IMG/VR virus record: IMGVR_UViG_3300028400_000018
Coordinates: 1 to 36,879 of that record
Direction: 5' to 3' (one strand)
Length of the DNA stretch: 36,879 nt
Source of the DNA: a virus
Lineage: Duplodnaviria > Caudoviricetes
Shown: positions 27,511 through 36,005 of the stretch, piece after piece
Position numbering within the stretch: the stretch's first letter is position 1
Layout of the letters: each line of letters opens with the position of its first letter
Translations under genes and position numbers: made by a program
Notes under the pieces: generated by a model
The model's database searches: none
Told to the model about the DNA's origin: nothing
The model's input: only the letters and a program-made list of their open reading frames with translations

Positions 27511-28118
27511 TAGCGCACCCTTATAAGTGCACTGCTCCGCAATCGATCACCACGTCCCTGCATGGCGTCTCTTGTTTTTGCTTCCTGTACCAATTTATAA
27601 TACAGGTTCCACATCTGTTCGGTTTTTGTGTTACTCTCCGTTATGGTGGGGGCCAGTTCAGCCGCAATTCGATATGCAAGAGCGGTCACGAATTTATTGC
27701 TAAATTGGTCAGATTCGGTTCCATCATCGGCGGGGTCAACATCGGCGATGTACTTGAAAGCAATCGATTCAGCATCGCAAAGGATCTGCCACCCTTCAAG
27801 ACGCCAATCAAGATCAATAGGGGCATTTTTACCAGATTTTTTGTCCGCAGTAACCTCGACAACGTTTAATGTATTTTGAGGTACATCATGGGCGAAGGCA
27901 TACCCATATTCAGGAGAAGCAGTAGAGGGAGTATCAGAGGTTCCTCGGCCAGTAGCAAACGTCCATACAGACTCTTCTAGGACATTACGCTTAGCAATAG
28001 GGTAGACACGAGCACACAACTGGGCATTGCCTGATGTATCAGTGCCATCAATAGCAGAAATTGGCTCTGCCCCGAGATAGGACAGAGCCAAATTGCATAT
28101 GTCTACGGGGGAGGCCAT
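27510..28118 (-). CDS. Tail tubular protein A (adaptor)
   Basis: DICNLAL..LG...I, W.FA, F..ALA.R.A.ELA pattern. Confidence 0.85.
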   Translation of the reverse strand: MASPVDICNLALSYLGAEPISAIDGTDTSGNAQLCARVYPIAKRNVLEESVWTFATGRGTSDTPSTASPEYGYAFAHDVPQNTLNVVEVTADKKSGKNAPIDLDWRLEGWQILCDAESIAFKYIADVDPADDGTESDQFSNKFVTALAYRIAAELAPTITESNTKTEQMWNLYYKLVQEAKTRDAMQGRGDRLRSSALIRVR

Positions 28119-28432
28119 CAGTATTCGCCGTCAGTTTCCTCGTCGAGGCCCTTTTCGGCCAGCTTGGCTTCCAGTTCAGCGATGCGGTCATGCAGGTGTT
28201 TGGTGTCCGGGGTAACCGGGGCTTCGGTCGGCTCGAAATCCGGATCGTTTGCTTTCATGAAGCTACGGACCACGGAATAGTGAACGCCGGTAGCATCCTG
28301 AATTTCATGTTCATTGTAGCCCTGTTTCTGGAGTTGGGCAATTGCACGTTTGTCGGTGGTGTTTGCGCCCATTTTGATGAAACCATAAATTTTGCCAGTT
28401 TTCGCGGGCATTTGATTCATATGTTCAGCCAT
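28118..28432 (-). CDS. Hypothetical protein with possible HTH
   Basis: RBS AAGGAG; LQKQGYNEHEIQDATGVHYSVVRSF. Confidence 0.75.
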   Translation of the reverse strand: MAEHMNQMPAKTGKIYGFIKMGANTTDKRAIAQLQKQGYNEHEIQDATGVHYSVVRSFMKANDPDFEPTEAPVTPDTKHLHDRIAELEAKLAEKGLDEETDGEY

Positions 28433-28446
28433 AAGTTGTTCTCCTT

Positions 28447-28472
28447 AAAAAGGCCCCCTCCGAAGAGGGGGC
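28447..28472 (-). terminator. Intrinsic terminator after capsid gene
   Basis: GCCCCCTC-TTCG-GAGGGGGC-C-TTTTT; cUUCGg tetraloop. Confidence 0.85.
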
Positions 28473-28490
28473 AAGATCCCACACACAGGA

Positions 28491-29354
28491 TTACAGGGTG
28501 TCGGCCAGATGGACGTGAACGATGTGTTCATCCTCCACCCGAACGGCTCCGAGGGTCATGAAGGCGTAGATCCGCCATGCGAAGCTGATGGACGGGTCTT
28601 CCTGCACACGAGTCGTGATGTCACGGTTCATCTGCAGGCCAATGGCCCGTCGAGTCAGTGCGAGGCAGGAAATCTGGCCAGCAGCAGGGTTCAACAGGCG
28701 AGTCGAAACAATCCAGTTGAAACCCATCCAGTTCGGAACATAACCGGTGGTGGCCAGGGCCTTCACGTTGACATAATCACTGGACGTGTATTCGGTCAGC
28801 TGCTGCAGCTTGCGCAGCTGAGTCGGCCCAATGACCATGAACTTCTCTTCGTCCGGGTCGATGTCGTTCTGCATGAACTTTTCGTACACTGCAGTTACAA
28901 CATCGAAACTGATGGGGGCCGTACCGTCGCCAATCTTTTGACTGGCAGGGAAAGCAACAGCATTGCCATCGCCATCGGTAGCGTCACCAGTTGCGGCGGC
29001 GATGATAACGTCGTCCTGCTGCCGACGCATTGCCATACCGATAGAACGCACGATGTTGCTGTTGGGATCAACCAGCATCTGAACAGGGTCTTCCTGTTCA
29101 GAAGTATCACCGATATCGTACGTTGCGGCCTGGGAAACCCGGCGGCTCCAAGACGAATCGTTTTCAGGGGTTGCCTGACGAGGCCCGGACTTCAACTGAG
29201 CTTGGTTCGCGCCGATGCGCTCCCAGTTGTGCTTTTCGGAATTGACGTTACGTTCGGTAACGACCCGGCGCAGACGAGATTGGGACTGCTGGGCCAGATG
29301 GCGAACGTTGTTCTCGAATGTCTGGATATAGACATTGGAAATGGTGATAGCCAT
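28491..29354 (-). CDS. Major capsid protein
   Basis: F...V..L.QQ..SRLR, AM.R..D..II, WMGFNWI.S.RL, GAVRVEDE; between scaffold and tail tube A; own promoter and terminator. Confidence 0.9.
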   Translation of the reverse strand: MAITISNVYIQTFENNVRHLAQQSQSRLRRVVTERNVNSEKHNWERIGANQAQLKSGPRQATPENDSSWSRRVSQAATYDIGDTSEQEDPVQMLVDPNSNIVRSIGMAMRRQQDDVIIAAATGDATDGDGNAVAFPASQKIGDGTAPISFDVVTAVYEKFMQNDIDPDEEKFMVIGPTQLRKLQQLTEYTSSDYVNVKALATTGYVPNWMGFNWIVSTRLLNPAAGQISCLALTRRAIGLQMNRDITTRVQEDPSISFAWRIYAFMTLGAVRVEDEHIVHVHLADTL

Positions 29355-29532
29355 TGAAACTCTCCTAAGTTAAGGTTCTACGAACTTATGGAGTAGCCCA
29401 GCACCTGCTGGATTCCAATGGCACCTTGAAGATCGACGAGGCGGTAGCCTTCTTTGTGCCTAGAGGTTAGGCGACGGATGGCAGTTGAACCACACAGGAG
29501 GCTGCAACCCGCAGGGATCCATCCGCCGCCTA
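29355..29532 (-). ncRNA. Structured capsid 5' leader / candidate antisense RNA
   Basis: 14-bp stem (29519-29532 with 29468-29481) starts at predicted TSS; apical loop UCCUGUGU; two further stem domains. Confidence 0.55.
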
Positions 29533-29538
29533 GTTTCT

Positions 29539-29567
29539 AGTATAGCACACCGAGCATTCCCCGTCAA
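29539..29567 (-). promoter_or_regulatory. Capsid promoter
   Basis: TTGACG-17-TATACT; 20 bp CGGTGTGCTATACTAGAAAC identical to terminase promoter. Confidence 0.85.
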
Positions 29568-29583
29568 GCCCGATCAGACCCGA

Positions 29584-30465
29584 TCAAGAACCAAATTCGA
29601 TTACTTTGGCTCGAAGGTCATTCACATCGGTAGACGCTTGAGGATTTGCCGCCGCCACGAGTTCCAACATTCGTTTCAGAGCAGCAGCATCGCCACGATG
29701 AAAAGGATGGTCCTTGTTGGCGTAGATTTCATCAATCTTGGCCTGGGCCTCAGCAGGAGTAAGCCCGGTCGGACCGGTAGGAGTATCCGTGGAATTCACG
29801 CCTTCCGGCTTGCCCACGGCTTCCGCTACCGAGTACATGAATTTAACCAGATCAGGGTCCAGGGTCTTGTTTTTCATTGACTCGATCAACTGATCGGGTG
29901 CACCCAGCTTGGTTGCTACATCTGCGGCCTTTTTCAGACGCTCATCGGTCGCGAGTCCCCATTCCTTGATGAGACCATTCCATTTCTCCTGCAATTGGGA
30001 GACGGACTCGGTAAACCGTTTGGCTTCATCCATCGTCATTTTCTCGACGAATTTTTTGAATTGGCCCTTGGTCATCCCGATTTCATGGGCATACTGCCGC
30101 AGGCGGTCCACCGTTTCACGTGGAACCTCGAACCCCTCCGGCTGGTCCGAAAGTTCCGGGAACTCGTATTCCTCTGGTTTTTCCGGAGCACCCAGCGTAC
30201 GCCAGAATTCCCGCGATTCCTCCGGATTATCCAGACTCTCGGGCTTGAGCATCAGATTGGGGGCATGTTGCAGAAGTTTATCGATGAACTTCTGCCGGTC
30301 TTCCTCCCCGGCGTCTTCGCCCGGAATTCGGATAGAGTTACCCTGGAACGATTTCATCTCGACATAGGACTTGGCCAATTTGTCAATAGAATCGAAATTC
30401 TGCAGAGACGGGTCGGCCCGGAGTTCCTCCGGCAGTTGTTCTTTCCAATCGTTTTCGTCAGCCAT
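29584..30465 (-). CDS. Capsid assembly scaffolding protein
   Basis: W...LPEELR, LAKSY, LG.PE.PE.Y, L.KEWG; acidic; between portal and capsid. Confidence 0.85.
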   Translation of the reverse strand: MADENDWKEQLPEELRADPSLQNFDSIDKLAKSYVEMKSFQGNSIRIPGEDAGEEDRQKFIDKLLQHAPNLMLKPESLDNPEESREFWRTLGAPEKPEEYEFPELSDQPEGFEVPRETVDRLRQYAHEIGMTKGQFKKFVEKMTMDEAKRFTESVSQLQEKWNGLIKEWGLATDERLKKAADVATKLGAPDQLIESMKNKTLDPDLVKFMYSVAEAVGKPEGVNSTDTPTGPTGLTPAEAQAKIDEIYANKDHPFHRGDAAALKRMLELVAAANPQASTDVNDLRAKVIEFGS

Positions 30466-30697
30466 TTTTCACCTCGTAGTTTACCATGTTGATGATGAAT
30501 TGAACGACATCATGCTGTGCCGCTTTCTTGATGATTTCATCAGAACTGCCAATCGACAGTTCACGGTCCATGAACCGCACCTTCAGGTCAGCCAATACGG
30601 CTTTCCCATCAGGTGTACGGAACAAGTTCTTGTATAGCAAGGATTCGGCATATAGCTTCTTCCTTGCTTCTTCAAGCTTCTGCTGCTTGCGGTCCAT
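30458..30697 (-). CDS. Small conserved post-portal protein (Bbp19-like)
   Basis: Y..LF.TPDGK.VL.DL motif. Confidence 0.75.
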   Translation of the reverse strand: MDRKQQKLEEARKKLYAESLLYKNLFRTPDGKAVLADLKVRFMDRELSIGSSDEIIKKAAQHDVVQFIINMVNYEVKNG

Positions 30698-32354
30698 AAT
30701 TATCAATCTCCGGGTTATTGGCTTCGGTTTCTGCCATGGCCTGTCTTCCTTCGCCCTGTGCCTTCATGGCCTCGCCTTCGGCCTGCGCTGCCTGGATTTG
30801 AGCCATCATAGCTTCCATCTTCTGCCGGGCTTCACGGATTTGCCGAACTTCCTTATCAGAGCGGAGCATATCAGCAGGAATGCCGGCAAGCTCTGCCGTT
30901 CCACGACCGATGCGGTCGATGTCCGGAATGTCGCGCAGTTCAGGGTAAACTTGCATAAGTTGCGCCATCATAGCTACCCAGGAGTTCACAGCCATCAAAG
31001 TATCCTGACGTTGTGCCCTTGGCAGAGGTCCGGTGTACTGGATGTCCAGTTCCGCTCCAGCTTCCTGTACCACCGGCGGGGGCATAGGAATCTGCCCATT
31101 GCGCATAAGAATAGCGAACGTACGTTTGAGCATCGGGTCAAGGAAGTCATGCTGCAGACGACCAAGGGTCGGACCCATCAGGCGTTGCATCAACTCATAC
31201 CGGACCTGAACCTCGGTCGCCGTCATGGCCGGGGATTCTTTTAATTGCAACTGGTCCACCCGGAATGCTCGGTTAATAGCCTGCTGGAGTTGCTGTACTT
31301 TAAGCTCCGAGACATCAAACCTTGCCTTGGATTCGTAGGCCCCAATACCGTTGAGGTCTCGAACAACCGTCATACCGCCTCGGCCAAGGTCCACATCGGA
31401 TAGGAGGTTCCTTTCAGTCACCAGAGTCGCTGGGTCCACCACCTTGCCCAGGGCCTCGAGGATTTCCTGCTTGAGTTCATTCAGGGTCAGGATATCCGAC
31501 AGGCAGACGAATGCCGGGGAATATCCGAACTGACTTCCTGCTACCTTCCTCCACCGGGCCACGAATGCGGGCATTTCATAATAGCTACCCCCATCAAATG
31601 TCGTGCCATCCTTCTTGAGCACGTATTTCCACCCAACCGGGCGTTCCTCCGGTGCCAGAGGCTTTATCGAGTATAGCTTATCCTTCTTGTCAGGCCGCAG
31701 ATATACGCAGAAGATAACGTCTTCCCTTACATCATTCTGTGACGGATTCTTCGAGGCCTCAACAATAGTCGAAGGAACTTTCTCAACCCCGAACTTGTCG
31801 ATAATCTGCAAAGGAGTCCAACGGTAACGTCGATAAAATCGTAGACAATTCTGCCGATGGTCCACTTCAAAATAACTGTCGCGGGTTGGCATGGCCTTGA
31901 AATCCAATCCTTGGTCATACGGGTCATCCATCCATTCCTCGAACAATATCGAGGAACCATACGACGTAAGCTCCAGATAAAACTCTGATACTTCAAGATT
32001 GAAGTTCGAGTCCAAAAGAGCCTGATAAGCAATATCTGAGGCCTGTTCAAGCCACATCATGGCGTCTCGGTCCTTGTTCAAGGCATCCTGACGATATTGC
32101 ATATGGAACCATCGGGTGGTAATTGGCGTCAAGGAACCCTGCAAAGAAGCCGCCAGAGTCTCGTTTGCCTCAATTGCGGTACCGTCATATATTTCCCGCA
32201 ATCGCCAATCGACTTCTCCTTCACTTCCGAGGTCCTGGAAAAACCCCGACCGCAAAGGGATAACAAATCGCTCGATGATTTCGAGCGTACTTTCCAACGG
32301 CTTTCGTTGTGCATCAAGCGCATCGAACCGTTTTACAATTTCCAAGGAATCCAT
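30672..32354 (-). CDS. Portal (head-tail connector)
   Basis: IYDGTA..A...LA..L, SNF, ARW....G..FG.SP, MTATEV..R. Confidence 0.92.
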   Translation of the reverse strand: MDSLEIVKRFDALDAQRKPLESTLEIIERFVIPLRSGFFQDLGSEGEVDWRLREIYDGTAIEANETLAASLQGSLTPITTRWFHMQYRQDALNKDRDAMMWLEQASDIAYQALLDSNFNLEVSEFYLELTSYGSSILFEEWMDDPYDQGLDFKAMPTRDSYFEVDHRQNCLRFYRRYRWTPLQIIDKFGVEKVPSTIVEASKNPSQNDVREDVIFCVYLRPDKKDKLYSIKPLAPEERPVGWKYVLKKDGTTFDGGSYYEMPAFVARWRKVAGSQFGYSPAFVCLSDILTLNELKQEILEALGKVVDPATLVTERNLLSDVDLGRGGMTVVRDLNGIGAYESKARFDVSELKVQQLQQAINRAFRVDQLQLKESPAMTATEVQVRYELMQRLMGPTLGRLQHDFLDPMLKRTFAILMRNGQIPMPPPVVQEAGAELDIQYTGPLPRAQRQDTLMAVNSWVAMMAQLMQVYPELRDIPDIDRIGRGTAELAGIPADMLRSDKEVRQIREARQKMEAMMAQIQAAQAEGEAMKAQGEGRQAMAETEANNPEIDNYGPQAAEA

Positions 32355-33709
32355 TATCTAATCCTCCCATGTCTGATAAGTTGTCGTCTGGTGACCCCCG
32401 AGCTATTACGAATGGCCGGAATGACCCGATGCCGGGCAGCGGAAAGAGAGCGGTAATTCTCAGGGAATGTGAGAGCAGCAATACGGAACGCATCGGCCCC
32501 GTGCGATGCCCAGTCATGTACAGGCCGGTCGAGGAACACTTTTAATTTCTCGTTGTATTCCCGACGATAATTATAAAGCGCGTCCACTCCACGTGAGGTA
32601 TTTTTCATATTAAACCGGCAACGGGGGAGGAATGCTTTAACCGCGTCTATCCCCTCCCGGATTGAAAGCTGAGGGGCAATTTCAAAGGATATCCCGTGTT
32701 CTGCTGCCGTTTGCAGGTATGATGTGGCTGTGGCGTAATCCCTCCGCTTGATGTCGTGCGGAGCTACATGCAGCCCGTAGGAATATGGCTGCTCATTGAC
32801 CATCTTGCACCAGTCGATGAGCGACACGTTCGCCATTTCCATGTAATCAATGACGTTAATCCACCCATCATTGCCTTCCTGCAGAAACCAGATAGCTGTG
32901 GCATCCCGCAGGCCGAGGTCCCAGAACGTATGCACTGGTTTGCGCGGGTCCCAGGGGAAATCTCCGAACCTTGCCCGTTTGAGTTCCTCAGTATAGTACG
33001 CCCCAAACAAACCGGCGTCGAAGGAACAGTAAAATTCCTGCTGAGCCAGCAAAGGGTCCATGCCAGCCTTGATTTCTTCCTCGAACTGGGCACGGGAAAC
33101 AATGGGTGTTCCATCTTCGCGTTTAGTATCTTCGATGGTCAGCAATTCACAGAACCAGTCGGGGTTGTCCTTTGCCATCTGGTAAAGGTCCCAGCCATGG
33201 TTCTTTCCTCGGGGGGTGTAGATGAAGATGGCCCACCCACCATTTTCCATGAGTATAGGTCTGATAAAATCCCACGCCCGAGGGTCAGCAATAGAATACT
33301 CGGAGAATACTACGCCGAAGGGGTTAGATCCCACAAGGGAGTCGAAAGAATCCGACCCGACCACCTGCCAGATAGAGCCGGACTTTAGCTCTATCTTCAT
33401 GTCTGTGTTATTGGTTGCCTGCCGGATTTCCGGGGGGAATGCCTGGTCGATTACCTTCTGACCGGTGAAAGGATTGATGGCATCCCAAATTACCTTCCGC
33501 CCCTGCCGCTGGGTGGGAAGCATATGCCAATAGGTTGCGACCTTCCTGTGGGCCTCGACAGCAGTGAAGTTGATGGAGGCTGAGTCCTTCCCTGCCCGTC
33601 GATGCCAGACACAGACCGCCCGTTTCTTGTTCTCTATCGCCATCGCCCGCATGAAGTTTACCTGATGCGGTCGGGCTTTCCAGTTATACGGGAGAGATAT
33701 ATCAGCCAT
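32354..33709 (-). CDS. terL: Terminase large subunit
   Basis: WHRRAGKD Walker A, VFSEY Walker B, TPRG, WDLG..D and HDWASHGADAFR nuclease motifs. Confidence 0.95.
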   Translation of the reverse strand: MADISLPYNWKARPHQVNFMRAMAIENKKRAVCVWHRRAGKDSASINFTAVEAHRKVATYWHMLPTQRQGRKVIWDAINPFTGQKVIDQAFPPEIRQATNNTDMKIELKSGSIWQVVGSDSFDSLVGSNPFGVVFSEYSIADPRAWDFIRPILMENGGWAIFIYTPRGKNHGWDLYQMAKDNPDWFCELLTIEDTKREDGTPIVSRAQFEEEIKAGMDPLLAQQEFYCSFDAGLFGAYYTEELKRARFGDFPWDPRKPVHTFWDLGLRDATAIWFLQEGNDGWINVIDYMEMANVSLIDWCKMVNEQPYSYGLHVAPHDIKRRDYATATSYLQTAAEHGISFEIAPQLSIREGIDAVKAFLPRCRFNMKNTSRGVDALYNYRREYNEKLKVFLDRPVHDWASHGADAFRIAALTFPENYRSLSAARHRVIPAIRNSSGVTRRQLIRHGRIR

Positions 33710-34202
33710 CGGGGTCCTCCACTTTAACTTCAATAGCCGGGGATTCCCCGATAAGGTCGCCCATGTTTATCTGGACATTGACCGATCCCTTGGAGTTTTC
33801 CTGAACTAGCTTATGCAGACGAACCCGTTCCTGATAAACCTTCATAGCAAGTTCTGGAAAGAATTTCCGAGCCTCGAATTCTTCGCCATCCTTGGTGACC
33901 ATTGCAACAGGAACCTCTCCCATAGCAATATCTTCCAGCCGGTCAAGAATAGTGTCCGCTACCTGCCGATTAACAATAGAATCAACTTCCATCTCGGCCA
34001 GCAAAGAAGCGATTCGATTCTGAATAGCAGGCTTTCGCTTGAGCCGGACGCCAGCAGAGGGGGAATAGCCACACTTCCGGGCGGCTTCCCGATGATCGAA
34101 TCCGTTTGAAACATACTCGATAGCGAAAGCCTCCTCCTGAGGCTCAAGATCTAGTCGAGTAAGTTCAGACCGGGCAGCAGAGATGGGTTCGTTCTGTGAC
34201 AC
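33702..34202 (-). CDS. terS: Terminase small subunit
   Basis: F..EY.......AA...GYS.....L..P.I HTH; adjacent to terL; start uncertain. Confidence 0.8.
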   Translation of the reverse strand: MSQNEPISAARSELTRLDLEPQEEAFAIEYVSNGFDHREAARKCGYSPSAGVRLKRKPAIQNRIASLLAEMEVDSIVNRQVADTILDRLEDIAMGEVPVAMVTKDGEEFEARKFFPELAMKVYQERVRLHKLVQENSKGSVNVQINMGDLIGESPAIEVKVEDPDG

Positions 34203-34360
34203 AGATACAGGAACTCCGATAGTTGACGTTTGGCCTTGACTGAGGAATTAGACAAAAGTTGATAATCCAACTGGATCTGGCGAGCCTCCAGGTTATACAG
34301 CAAATCTTCGTCCGTAAGGAACGGAGGAAAAGGAGCTAGCAAGGAGGCATATTCGTTCAT
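34151..34360 (-). CDS. Possible leaderless hypothetical protein (69 aa)
   Basis: ATG 7 nt downstream of the -10; overlaps terS start. Confidence 0.35.
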   Translation of the reverse strand: MNEYASLLAPFPPFLTDEDLLYNLEARQIQLDYQLLSNSSVKAKRQLSEFLYLCHRTNPSLLPGLNLLD

Positions 34361-34366
34361 GTTTCT

Positions 34367-34395
34367 AGTATAGCACACCGGAGAACCCGTGTCAA
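34367..34395 (-). promoter_or_regulatory. Packaging/late operon promoter
   Basis: TTGACA-17-TATACT with TGTG extension. Confidence 0.85.
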
Positions 34396-34429
34396 GCAGC
34401 AAATAGGGATGGCGGTAGATAGTAGTATG

Positions 34430-34800
34430 TTGATATATATCTCCGGCCGCCGGGGAGGGCCGGGGAGCGGCGCTCGTCCGACCCGGTATATATGTACCGG
34501 GTGGCATGCGGGAGGCCGAGGGAGCGGCTCCCCGGCGGCGACGGATATATCGGCGAGGACGGGTGACGGTCGGGGTGTGATGATCCGGGGTCCTCCGATT
34601 GTGATTTAAAATCCAGGATGGGGTGTTCTCGATGCAAAAACGGAATTAACGCGCAGCGAGGGACCCGTGCTTTCGCCGGGGTACCCCCCTCCCCCGCCCA
34701 CGCTTCCTCGCCCCTGCTCGCGGGTCCTCCCGCCCGCGTACTTGCGCCCACGCTTGCTCGCGCACACGCCCCCGCCCACCCGCTCGCGCTTGCGCGCGTT
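34430..34800. repeat. Non-coding inverted/direct repeat region; candidate genome end or packaging site
   Basis: GCCGCCGGGGA/TCCCCGGCGGC IR around ACCCGGTA-TATATG-TACCGGGT; G-rich to C-rich switch at GGGGTACCCC (34678-34687). Confidence 0.5.
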
Positions 34801-34802
34801 GG

Positions 34803-34839
34803 ACTACCGCTCGTCGGCCGAGCACTACCGCTCGTCGGC
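34803..34839 (+). repeat. 16-bp direct repeat x2 (21-bp period)
   Basis: ACTACCGCTCGTCGGC at 34803 and 34824. Confidence 0.85.
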
Positions 34840-34845
34840 TCGCAC

Positions 34846-34874
34846 TTGCGCCCTGCGCCCGGCTGTGCTACACT
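34846..34874 (+). promoter_or_regulatory. First early promoter
   Basis: TTGCGC-17-TACACT with TGTG extension. Confidence 0.7.
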
Positions 34875-34939
34875 TGTCCTGTCGCTGGGGCACACCGCCC
34901 CCGACACCCAACCAACAACCAACACACAGGAGAAAGACC

Positions 34940-35182
34940 GTGGAAAAGAAAGAAAAGCAGATCTGGACAGTCGTACAAGTGTCCGAGGACCAGACCTTCC
35001 CCTGGTCTGGCATCTACGGAAGCGAAGAGGAAGCGAAGGAAGCGGTGGTGGACTACATCCAGCACTGGATCGAGGAAGACGGGGAGTTGGAGTTCTCCCG
35101 CGAGTACGAGGCGGACGGGAACCCGATCCGCGTCTACGAGGATTCCAACGGCGATACCTACCTCCTCGTACGCCACGTCTAA
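34940..35182 (+). CDS. Early acidic protein (80 aa)
   Basis: GTG start after ACACACAGGAG; 20 D/E vs 7 K/R. Confidence 0.8.
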   Translation: MEKKEKQIWTVVQVSEDQTFPWSGIYGSEEEAKEAVVDYIQHWIEEDGELEFSREYEADGNPIRVYEDSNGDTYLLVRHV

Positions 35183-35190
35183 GGAAGCCA

Positions 35191-35206
35191 TGGCCACGGA
35201 TGGCCA
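35191..35206 (+). promoter_or_regulatory. ANGGA-loop hairpin, copy 3
   Basis: TGGCCA-CGGA-TGGCCA. Confidence 0.55.
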
Positions 35207-35224
35207 CCAACTGACGAACGGTAC

Positions 35225-35253
35225 TTGACAAGCGCTCGTCGGTGTGCTACACT
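35225..35253 (+). promoter_or_regulatory. Early sigma70 promoter
   Basis: TTGACA-17-TACACT with TGTG extension. Confidence 0.85.
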
Positions 35254-35285
35254 AGACCTGCAACCCACACACAGGAGACGCAACC

Positions 35286-35717
35286 ATGAGCAAGCAGACC
35301 AAGACCGACCGCAAAGCAGCCATCGCCGCCCTGCAGCAAGTATGGCCCAACGCCAAGCTGGGGAAAGTGAGCAACGAGGACCTCGCCTTCCTCCTCGATG
35401 TGGCCAAGCATCTGCGGACTGGGAAGAAGCAGATGTCCGAGATTCTCAGCCGCTACCGGAAGGCCTACGAGAAGACGGTGGCTTACTCCGGGAACAAGTC
35501 GGCGGACAACGGCGACGAAGTCGCTACCTTCCTCCGGGGGAAGACGCCGGACGAAGTCGTGGAGTTGGCGGAGAAAGTCCTCAAACTGGAGCCGGGATTC
35601 CTCGTCACGAAGTACGCCGGTCTCAACCCGGGGCAACGCCGAATGAACGCAGGCAACCGGATTCGGGCTGCCATCCGGCGCGGCGACCTCGACCCACAGG
35701 AAGTCCTGGCAAGCTAA
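35286..35717 (+). CDS. Hypothetical phage protein, paralog of 2571..3077
   Basis: DNGDEVA..L.G and LNPGQRRMNAGNRIR; RBS ACACAGGAG. Confidence 0.85.
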   Translation: MSKQTKTDRKAAIAALQQVWPNAKLGKVSNEDLAFLLDVAKHLRTGKKQMSEILSRYRKAYEKTVAYSGNKSADNGDEVATFLRGKTPDEVVELAEKVLKLEPGFLVTKYAGLNPGQRRMNAGNRIRAAIRRGDLDPQEVLAS

Positions 35718-35725
35718 GGACACCC

Positions 35726-35739
35726 GGCCACGGACGGCT
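35726..35739 (+). promoter_or_regulatory. ANGGA-loop hairpin, copy 4
   Basis: GGCC-ACGGAC-GGCT. Confidence 0.55.
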
Positions 35740-35765
35740 TACACCCAACACACAGGAGACGAACG

Positions 35766-35972
35766 ATGAAAACTGTCACACTTGAGCTTACACCTGAGGA
35801 ACTCGAACTCCTCAACGACGGACTGGAAGTATTGCTTGCCCAAGCAAGCTACTCCGACTGGGCACCGACCTTCCAACGAGACGAGGACAGGGAAGAGGAA
35901 ACTAAGCGCGTAGCGCTAGCTTTGTCGGAGAAAGTCAGCCGGACGCTGGCGGATTCCTGGTTCAAGGAGTAA
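35766..35972 (+). CDS. Early acidic hypothetical protein
   Basis: RBS ACACAGGAG; 68 aa. Confidence 0.8.
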   Translation: MKTVTLELTPEELELLNDGLEVLLAQASYSDWAPTFQRDEDREEETKRVALALSEKVSRTLADSWFKE

Positions 35973-36005
35973 CGAGGATGAGCGACTTCCTCCTTCCTCG
36001 GACCA

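Noticed and set aside
28509-29357. 282-aa + strand ORF antisense to the capsid, with ACACAGGA upstream
   Set aside because: In-register shadow of a codon-biased gene; the motif is 18 nt from the ATG, too far for an RBS; no + strand promoter seen
34803-34839. Mini CRISPR array
   Set aside because: Only two 16-bp repeats with a 5-bp gap; no cas genes
34392-35231. Long GC-rich ORFs across the terS/early intergenic region
   Set aside because: Low-complexity R/P/A/G translations caused by scarce stops; they overlap promoters and repeats
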